Of a stretch of 64,000 nucleotides of DNA, positions 46,629-53,845 are shown piece after piece (positions within the stretch are counted from its first letter, which is position 1; each line of letters starts with the position of its first letter). Under the pieces are notes generated by a model. The model was not told where the DNA came from. It was given only the letters and a program-made list of their open reading frames with translations, and made no database searches. The position numbers were made by a program, and so were the translations under genes. Location: positions 67,480 to 131,479 of the forward strand of contig CAZCSK010000003.1 in the NCBI GenBank assembly GCA_964501265.1, written 5' to 3'. Origin of the DNA: an uncultured Actinomycetes bacterium. GTDB taxonomy: Bacteria; Actinomycetota; CADDZG01; JAHWKV01.

Positions 46629-47579
46629 TTGAAGATTCGTAAACCGGCCGCAGTTCTGATGGCATTGCTCCTTGTAGCTGGAGCTTGCTCAAAGGCCAAG
46701 GAAGTCAAGACAGGACCGCGCACCGGAAAATACGGCGACCCGAACGCCGTCGATGCCTCTCCCACGGCTAAGGCGGCGGCGGGCGGAGCGCCAGCCGGAG
46801 GAACCTCAACTGGAGGCACGTCCGGCTCGGCTCCAACGAGTGCCACGACCAAGCCGACTCAAAAGGCAACGTCGTCCGGAGGATCGACTGGGGGGGCAGC
46901 CGCGGGGCCGAAACTAATCAACGACGCTGGGGGCAACGCCTGCAAGCCGATCCTTCAGCAAAGCGCCTACACCGAGATCGTTGTAGAGGTCGACTGGGTT
47001 GCGGGCCGCGAACCCAACCAACCCGCCATCAATCATTTGGTTAGTCTGTTAAAGCGTGAGACGGGGAAGCCCGTAACCCTGAAGGGCGGAAACCTACTTC
47101 CGGCCCAGGGTGGCAAATACGACGGCGAAAAGGTCCATCAAATCGCCGCTGGACGAAACACAAAGAGCGAAGCTCCGGTCGCGTCCCTTTGGGTCGGATA
47201 TCTTGACGGGGCTCCTCCGGCCCCTCCTGGCTACGCCACTTTGGGCACCGCTTATGGGGGTACCGTTTCCACTGTGTATAGGGACAGCATCAAGGCCACG
47301 GGGTTTCCGGACCTGGTCCAAGATGGGATCGAAAGAGCCGTCCTCATTCAGGAGATTTTTCATCTTCTTTGCATGACAAACATTGGCTACAAGAGCCCTC
47401 GGGACCATGAAGACAAGGACCACCCTCGTCATTCCAAGAACCCGAGCTCGGTCATGTATTGGGCCCTGATGACTCAGGACGGAATCGTCCCTTTCATCAC
47501 CAATGGCGGATCCCCTCCGGCTGATTTCGACGCCGACGACCGCGCCGACCTGGCCGATCTAAGGGCCGGCAGACTCTAG
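46629..47579 (+). CDS. Paralogous probable lipoprotein; degenerate motif QEIFHLLCM...HSKNPSSVMY (first zinc-ligand His lost)
   Basis: TTG start with GGGGAGG RBS. LLLVAGACS signal/lipobox-like. Conserved YTEIVVEVDWVAGREP block and C-terminal FDADDRADLADLRAGRL. Confidence 0.5.
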   Translation: MKIRKPAAVLMALLLVAGACSKAKEVKTGPRTGKYGDPNAVDASPTAKAAAGGAPAGGTSTGGTSGSAPTSATTKPTQKATSSGGSTGGAAAGPKLINDAGGNACKPILQQSAYTEIVVEVDWVAGREPNQPAINHLVSLLKRETGKPVTLKGGNLLPAQGGKYDGEKVHQIAAGRNTKSEAPVASLWVGYLDGAPPAPPGYATLGTAYGGTVSTVYRDSIKATGFPDLVQDGIERAVLIQEIFHLLCMTNIGYKSPRDHEDKDHPRHSKNPSSVMYWALMTQDGIVPFITNGGSPPADFDADDRADLADLRAGRL

Positions 47580-47581
47580 GG

Positions 47582-48430
47582 ATGCGCATCCGGGCGGGCG
47601 CCCTGGCGGCCGCCCTTTTGCTTCTGGCTGGGGCCTGCAGCCCGCGCCCTCCGACGCGGCCCCCAGAACCTCGGAGCGGCAGTTACGGATCAGGCGTTCG
47701 GTTGCCCGCCGACCGGCCCTCCCCAGCACCTGAGGCAACAACCGCCGCGGACACGCCAGAGACGAGAGACGATCGAGCGCGTGTTGACGATCTCGACTCT
47801 GTTGGGCAGGCCGCCCGAGCCCTATTGCAGCCTGGGCCCTTCTCTCAAATTGTCGTCGAAGTGGATTGGGTCGCCGGAAGGGAGCCCACGGCAAAGGCGA
47901 AGGAAATACTGGCAGCGCGCCTCCAAGAAGTGAGCCATAAATCCGTCAAGTTTGCAGGCGGCAACCCGATCAACCCAGGGGGCCCATGGACGATCGACGA
48001 CATCGCAACGCTGTCGCTTAATCGCAATACCCACAGCGTCGAGCCAAGCTTAAGTCTTTACATTGCGTTTCTCGATGGGAGGGCGCAGGAGAACAAGTTC
48101 GCCCTCGGGCGGGTAGTTGCCTCAACCGTCATCGCCATTTTTCCAGATGTGATCCGCAATTTCACTCCTCCGAACGTGGACGTTGCCGACGTTCAGGCCG
48201 GCTCGATGGTCCATGAACTGGGTCACCTGTTGGGCCTGGTCAACCTCATTTACGACAGCCCCCGCCCACACGGCGACCCGAACAACCCGCAACATTCCAA
48301 GAATCCAAAGTCGGTGATGTATCACGCCTACGAGCAGTCCTTTGGCGCCAGCGTTTTCGGCGCCCCGCCCAACCAATTCGACGCCGACGACCTCGCAGAC
48401 TTGGCTGACCTGGCGGCCGGCCGCCTCTAA
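47582..48430 (+). CDS. Paralogous probable lipoprotein with intact HExxHxxGL...HSKNPKSVMY (putative active zinc metalloprotease)
   Basis: LLLLAGACS signal. HELGHLLGLVN...HSKNPKSVMY: the third-His-to-Met spacing (+8) matches the matrixin Met-turn. C-terminal FDADDLADLADLAAGRL. Confidence 0.5.
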   Translation: MRIRAGALAAALLLLAGACSPRPPTRPPEPRSGSYGSGVRLPADRPSPAPEATTAADTPETRDDRARVDDLDSVGQAARALLQPGPFSQIVVEVDWVAGREPTAKAKEILAARLQEVSHKSVKFAGGNPINPGGPWTIDDIATLSLNRNTHSVEPSLSLYIAFLDGRAQENKFALGRVVASTVIAIFPDVIRNFTPPNVDVADVQAGSMVHELGHLLGLVNLIYDSPRPHGDPNNPQHSKNPKSVMYHAYEQSFGASVFGAPPNQFDADDLADLADLAAGRL

Positions 48431-48520
48431 CCTCCCAACCAGGGGGCGCGTGTCTCAATTTTTGCCATTTTTTCTCCATGGCATATGCTTACCGGCGCTC
48501 ACCAATGGGAGGAAGATCGC

Positions 48521-49828
48521 ATGGTTGAACTAACTACCGACTACCCGAAGTTTCAGTTCAGTGACGAACGACTAAAGAACGGCTTACGGCTGATCATGTC
48601 CGAGAGTCATCTAGTGCCGGTGGCCGCTGTCAACCTCTGGTACGACGTCGGCTCCAAGAACGATGCCCCCGGTAAAACGGGCATCGCTCATCTTTTCGAG
48701 CACATGATGTTCGAAGGCTCAGCGAACGTCACCAAAGGTGAGCACTTCAAATTAGTTAACTCAGTAGGGGGAACGAACAACGCCTCGACCTCGACCTTTC
48801 GGACCAACTACTTCGAATATGCTCCCTCGCATAATCTCGAGATGCTGATGTGGCTAGAAGCAGACCGCATGGGCGGCCTACTCCAGGCCCTGAGCCAAAA
48901 GACTCTGGACAATCAGCGCGATGTCGTAAAAAACGAACGACGCCAGGTAGTCGAGGACGTGCCTTATGCGATATGGCAAGAAAAGGCCTTCGAATTACTT
49001 TTCCCGGAGGGTCACCCCTACCGTTACCCAATCATCGGCTCCATGGATGATCTCTCCGCAGTTTCGCTAAAGGACGTCAAGGATTTCTTCAGCAATCACT
49101 ACGCTCCCAACAATGCGGTACTAAGCATCGTGGGGGACATTGATCCCGCCCAGGTACGCAAGTGGGCGGAGAAATATTTCGGCAAAATCCCGGCGAATCC
49201 CAAGATTCCGGCGCTCCGAGACCTTGAGCTGCCCTTCTCCCTCGGGGGCGAGGTGCGCGAAACCATCCGTGACAGGGTGCCTTACGCGGGCGTTTTCATG
49301 GCGCACAGGTCCCCTGGGATTGAGACCCGAGAAGACGACGTACTGACAATGGCCGGCGCTGTCCTTTCTTTCGGAAACGGAAGCAGGATGCATCAACGCT
49401 TGGTGCGAGAAAGAATCACTCTTGCCGCGGGTTTCCAGACTTTTTCACAACCTGGGGTCTCCATGAGCTACGCCTTTGGCATTGCCAACCCCAGCATCTT
49501 CGAGGACCGAGTCGAGCAGGGATTAATAGCACTCATCGACAGCCTCAAAACCGAACCCGTGAGCGCAGATGAGTTGGCCAGGGCAAGAGCACAGGTCGAA
49601 CGATCCTTGATCGACGGTTTGACAACAGTCGCGGCCAGGGCCGATTGGCTGTCGCAGCACGCCACAATCTTTGATGACCCGGGCAAGGCCAACGAGAAAC
49701 TCGATGACCTGATGAGCGTCACCGCAGACGAAATCCGTGACGTTGCAAACGAGATCCTCGTTAAAGAAAACCGAGCCGTGATTACTATCTTGCCCAAGCC
49801 ACCCAAGCCCAAAGCACGGAACAAGTGA
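48521..49828 (+). CDS. M16 family zinc peptidase (active subunit, HxxEH inverzincin motif)
   Basis: HLFEHMMFEGS zinc-binding motif. GGGAGGAAG RBS before the ATG at 48521. Confidence 0.75.
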   Translation: MVELTTDYPKFQFSDERLKNGLRLIMSESHLVPVAAVNLWYDVGSKNDAPGKTGIAHLFEHMMFEGSANVTKGEHFKLVNSVGGTNNASTSTFRTNYFEYAPSHNLEMLMWLEADRMGGLLQALSQKTLDNQRDVVKNERRQVVEDVPYAIWQEKAFELLFPEGHPYRYPIIGSMDDLSAVSLKDVKDFFSNHYAPNNAVLSIVGDIDPAQVRKWAEKYFGKIPANPKIPALRDLELPFSLGGEVRETIRDRVPYAGVFMAHRSPGIETREDDVLTMAGAVLSFGNGSRMHQRLVRERITLAAGFQTFSQPGVSMSYAFGIANPSIFEDRVEQGLIALIDSLKTEPVSADELARARAQVERSLIDGLTTVAARADWLSQHATIFDDPGKANEKLDDLMSVTADEIRDVANEILVKENRAVITILPKPPKPKARNK

Positions 49829-49840
49829 GGAGACCCCTAG

Positions 49841-51232
49841 ATGCCGGCGCTACCTAAACTGATCGCAAAGACTCCAACAGAGGGAACTCCAAAGACGTGG
49901 AAATTCCCTGGCTTCACTAGAACACAGCTCGATTCAGGCTTCACGATCATCGTCGCCAATGCTCCGGGTCGTACGCTCGCAGTTGCCCAGCTTCTTCTCG
50001 ACGCTGGGGCGAGCAACGAAAAAGCCGAAGAAGGTGGCGTGGCCAACATCACCGCTAACGCGCTACTCGAGGGCACCGATAACCACAAAGGCGAGAAGTA
50101 CGTACAGGCCTTGGAGCGTCTAGGGGCGGACATTGACGGGGGGGCAAACTGGGACTCCTTCGGGCTGAACCTGCGGGCCCCAGTAAGCAGACTGGAGCCA
50201 GCACTCGAACTCTTGGCGGAAGCGGTTCGCAGTCCGGAGCTGCCCTGGCGCGAAGTCGACCGCCTCACGCAGCAAACAGTTGGCGGAATCATGCAGGACT
50301 ATGCAAGCTCAGCCAGCCGCGCGACGATTGCATTCAACAAGCTGATATATACCCCTTCGTCACCATACTCCCGCTCGGCTGGAGGCAGTTTCTGGTCCGT
50401 GAGCACGATGGGTAAAAAGAGCGTCAAGAAGTACTACGAGCGGTTCGCCGCTTCAAGCTCGGCGACGCTCGTCGTGGTCGGAGACCTAGAGGGTGTTCCA
50501 GTCGAAAAAATCGCAGAGAAACTCTTTGGGGGCTGGAAAGGCAAGGACCCGGAGCGGACGCAACTACCGGTAGCCGAGAGCCTCAGACACACCTCTGCGC
50601 TGCTCGTCGAACGGCCTGACTCGACCCAGTCTCAGATCGCGATAGGCCACGTCGGAGTTTCGCGCTCGTCGCCGGACTACCTGCCGGTCCAGATGGTAGC
50701 GACTGCCCTCGGAGGCCTTCCCGACTCCCGTCTCAACCGGAAGCTGAGGGAGGAAAAGGGCTTTACATATGGCATCCAAGCTGGGTTCGACTTCCGACGA
50801 CAGGCCGGACCCTTTCGAATCAGTACGTCAGTTGACACCAACAAAACAGTAGATGCGATTGCAGAGATAGTGAAGGTCCTTGAAAAAGTCCACGATGAAG
50901 GCATCACCAAACAAGAACTCGAGTTGGTAAAAGGCTTTCTCACTGGCATCTTTACCCTTCGTTACGAGACGCCCGAGGCCATCGCATCGGCACTTTCAAG
51001 CTTGGTTACCTATGGGCTACCTGACGACTACTACGCAACCTACAGAGAACAAGTGCAAGAAGTGACGCTAGACGATTGCAATCGGGCCGCGGCCGAGTAC
51101 CTGCATCCCGATCGACTGGGTATCGTCGTGGTTGGCGACGCCAAAAAGGTGCGCGATCCACTCCACTCTGCTGGACTTGGGACTGTGGCCTACATCGAAG
51201 ATCCAGAGCCTGGGAATCCTCCGACACACTAG
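49841..51232 (+). CDS. M16 family peptidase-like protein (non-catalytic partner, no HxxEH)
   Basis: Same fold-level composition as the upstream M16 but lacks the inverzincin motif; typical M16B pair arrangement. Confidence 0.6.
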   Translation: MPALPKLIAKTPTEGTPKTWKFPGFTRTQLDSGFTIIVANAPGRTLAVAQLLLDAGASNEKAEEGGVANITANALLEGTDNHKGEKYVQALERLGADIDGGANWDSFGLNLRAPVSRLEPALELLAEAVRSPELPWREVDRLTQQTVGGIMQDYASSASRATIAFNKLIYTPSSPYSRSAGGSFWSVSTMGKKSVKKYYERFAASSSATLVVVGDLEGVPVEKIAEKLFGGWKGKDPERTQLPVAESLRHTSALLVERPDSTQSQIAIGHVGVSRSSPDYLPVQMVATALGGLPDSRLNRKLREEKGFTYGIQAGFDFRRQAGPFRISTSVDTNKTVDAIAEIVKVLEKVHDEGITKQELELVKGFLTGIFTLRYETPEAIASALSSLVTYGLPDDYYATYREQVQEVTLDDCNRAAAEYLHPDRLGIVVVGDAKKVRDPLHSAGLGTVAYIEDPEPGNPPTH

Positions 51233-51290
51233 CTTCGGCCCACAACACCAGTCAGAATTGGTAAAAACTGAGACACGCGCCCCCGGGAGA

Positions 51291-51793
51291 TTAGGAGCGG
51301 GCTGACAGTTGAACTATCTGCTTGGCTGCTGCGTCTAGATAGACGAGCACTTGTTTACCTGGCTCGGGTGGCGTCACGCCCTGCGCCAGTTTCAGTACGG
51401 TGCCGTCGGCGAACACTGCACGGCCCTTGGCGTCTAATTTGTTGAAGACTCCCGAATACACGACCCTTGGATCTGAGCCGTCTTTGGGTACGACGCCGAT
51501 GCCAGCCACCCATAGGGCCACCTTTGCTTTGTTGACCCCAACGTGAACGTATCGATCTTGCCAGTGGACGAGCGGCGTGACTGTATGTTCATTGGTTGTA
51601 AAGCTCTCGACGCTCTTGGAGATTTCGTACGTCCTGGCGCCATCAAGTGTGATGCTTTCGAAGGTGACAGCGGTAACGACACCTTCATCGGATGGTACGC
51701 GCGGTCCTTTGTCGAGGATGCTCTCGAGGGCGGGAGGGGTTCGCGCGCACGCTATCGCTAGGAGAAAAACAAGAACAGAGAACCTGCGCAATC
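51291..51793 (-). CDS. Probable lipoprotein, unknown function (167 aa)
   Basis: TTG start giving MRRFSVLVFLLAIAC; the ORF-track 5' extension to 52130 rejected (it overlaps the upstream gene). Last gene of the minus-strand supraoperon. Confidence 0.45.
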
Positions 51794-51795
51794 GA

Positions 51796-52815
51796 CTATG
51801 CCGCGGGAGTAACCGTTGAGGTCGAGATTTCGGATGTCTCCTGCGGCGGGGGTGCTGCGTCCGGTGCGGCTTGCGGGCCGAAGATTCCTCGGAGCGGCGC
51901 GGTGAGGGCCGCCGCTGGCAGGACGATCGCCAGCTTCGTATCGCCAAGACGCGAAATTTCAAAGAACATCGTTCGAGGACGGATCGGCTCGCGGGCTTGC
52001 CCCGCTCGAACTGCCGCAAGCAACTGCAACGGATAGCGCGGGCCGTCTCCACGCGCGGCCCGCTTAAAATCCTTGTGAGTCTCGAAGTCAATCTCCTCAG
52101 CAACTTTGATGACCTTGCCGTCAAGCACATAGAAAGACATCTTTCGAAAATGGGCTATTCCCGGCAGTGAGCCGGACGAGCCGCGAGTGCTTCGGGCAGG
52201 CAGGTTGGGAGGTATTACATCAAAGCGCTTGACCCCCGCGTCCTCATTGGGGTGCTCAAAGGGGTCTTCTCTGGGGAAATAATCGGGGCTGTCCTTGTTG
52301 AATTCCACAACACCGGCTGCTTCGGAAATTGACCGCCGAAAATACTGGAATGCGTAGATGGAATCGAGGATGAAATTCTGCCCCACCTGGATAACGCCGC
52401 TGCGGTCGCGGGGTGCGAGCACCGGGGGGGCCCCAGCCGGATCAGAGACCCATTGTCCCGCCTGCAGGGTCTGGGCGACTTTCTTGCTTCCGGCCACCTC
52501 GAGACCCTGAGCTGAGGGCACTTTCGACACATCGGCCACCCGAATGGCTATCGTGTCGTCGGATATGTATTCCTCGAACACTTCCGTATCGTTGAACGTC
52601 AGAAGGGCTCGAGCCCGAAGGTCGTCTTCAACTTCGCCAGTCACTACGGCTTTGCCGGCAGGAGTATCGTCGGTGTAGCTGAAAGCGTGTGGGAGACCCT
52701 CCGATGCCGCCAGAAACTTGAGCACCTTCTCTTCCGCTGTTTCGTCTCTGCTACCGCAGGCAGCGCCAAGCACAATGAGAGTCAGGCAAACTAAAACTGC
52801 AACGAGGCGGCGCAT
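51796..52815 (-). CDS. Probable lipoprotein, unknown function (339 aa)
   Basis: MRRLVAVLVCLTLIVLGAACGS signal + Cys. Start trimmed from 52914 to 52815. Confidence 0.45.
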   Translation of the reverse strand: MRRLVAVLVCLTLIVLGAACGSRDETAEEKVLKFLAASEGLPHAFSYTDDTPAGKAVVTGEVEDDLRARALLTFNDTEVFEEYISDDTIAIRVADVSKVPSAQGLEVAGSKKVAQTLQAGQWVSDPAGAPPVLAPRDRSGVIQVGQNFILDSIYAFQYFRRSISEAAGVVEFNKDSPDYFPREDPFEHPNEDAGVKRFDVIPPNLPARSTRGSSGSLPGIAHFRKMSFYVLDGKVIKVAEEIDFETHKDFKRAARGDGPRYPLQLLAAVRAGQAREPIRPRTMFFEISRLGDTKLAIVLPAAALTAPLRGIFGPQAAPDAAPPPQETSEISTSTVTPAA

Positions 52816-53321
52816 TATTGCAGTTCCAGGGCCACTACTTTGCGCAACAAAGTCCGCGGAAATTCGTAGTCCTGGTGGATGGACAGAATGAACATTCCTC
52901 TGCCGCGAAACCACACAAAGATGTTTTGCTTGTTGCCAGCGGTGGAACTCACGCTTGTGTCCCCCACGCGAAGCTGCGACGGCGTTGTGCCGCCCAGCAG
53001 CGCTGCGATCGATTTGCGGAATCCTTCGCTCTGGGGCCGAGCGAATCTAGAAAGACGGCTCACTTGAAGAGTTGCCCGCAATAGTTCGTCATCGCGCATC
53101 GAGAAAAGCCCGTTTGAGTCGACATATGACTGTTTGATTCCAACCGCTTCCTTTCTGATGTCCTCCGGCTGCACAACAAGGCCCAGAATCTGCTTGGGAA
53201 TCCGAATACCCGATCCTTCGACGAACCCAGCACCGGTGTCAGCCGCCTTCGAGCATCCGGCGGCAACAAGCAATGCGGCACAGGCGAGGGCGACGGCGAT
53301 ACGCGCCGTTGTCTTCCTCAT
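52815..53321 (-). CDS. Probable lipoprotein, unknown function (168 aa)
   Basis: MRKTTARIAVALACAALLVAAGCS signal + Cys. ATGA overlap with the upstream gene. Start trimmed from 53405. Confidence 0.45.
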   Translation of the reverse strand: MRKTTARIAVALACAALLVAAGCSKAADTGAGFVEGSGIRIPKQILGLVVQPEDIRKEAVGIKQSYVDSNGLFSMRDDELLRATLQVSRLSRFARPQSEGFRKSIAALLGGTTPSQLRVGDTSVSSTAGNKQNIFVWFRGRGMFILSIHQDYEFPRTLLRKVVALELQ

Positions 53322-53845
53322 TGAACGGTCAGTTTGGCCCGGATAAAGCCCGCGGCTCGGTCGGTGATTTCCCAGGTTCCGGTTTGTCCAAATGTCTGAG
53401 ACCAAACCGCCCCCGGTTTCATCGGCCCCGAGTCGAAAGCGCCCGAAGCGGTGAAACTGCGGATCGGGCGGCCATCAGTGCGGTCCTCGTTTTTCACCCG
53501 CAGAGTAAATCCCACCGGCATCGTAAAGTCCTGGCCAAGTTCTTTGTTGGGCCCGAACGCGTAGAAGGGACTTTCCTCGACCAGGAAGACGTCAAAGAAC
53601 TTTTCGTCTGGCGCTTTCGTGGGTGCTACTGTCGCGGCTGTTGGCGATGGATTGCCGACACCCAGCTTGTCAGTTGGCTGCGGTGAGGGCTCAGGCGACT
53701 TGCACTCGCCAAGCCGGCACGCAGGAGTTGCATCACCGATCTTGTCCAGATCGATGTCGCCCCCGATGCTGTTGGGTTTTCCGCACGCTGCCCCTATCAT
53801 CGCCAAACAAGCAACTAACACTGTCCATCGCTTCATACTTCTCAT
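53318..53845 (-). CDS. Probable lipoprotein, unknown function (175 aa), beta-rich C-terminal domain
   Basis: MRSMKRWTVLVACLAMIGAACGK signal + Cys. 4-nt overlap with the upstream ABC fusion gene. Confidence 0.45.
   Translation of the reverse strand: MRSMKRWTVLVACLAMIGAACGKPNSIGGDIDLDKIGDATPACRLGECKSPEPSPQPTDKLGVGNPSPTAATVAPTKAPDEKFFDVFLVEESPFYAFGPNKELGQDFTMPVGFTLRVKNEDRTDGRPIRSFTASGAFDSGPMKPGAVWSQTFGQTGTWEITDRAAGFIRAKLTVQ

Noticed and set aside
51794-52130. ORF-track N-terminal 113-aa extension of the last lipoprotein gene (MCLTARSSKLLRRL...)
   Set aside because: Arg-rich nonsense translation overlapping the upstream lipoprotein gene; an in-frame TTG gives a clean signal peptide MRRFSVLVFLLAIAC.
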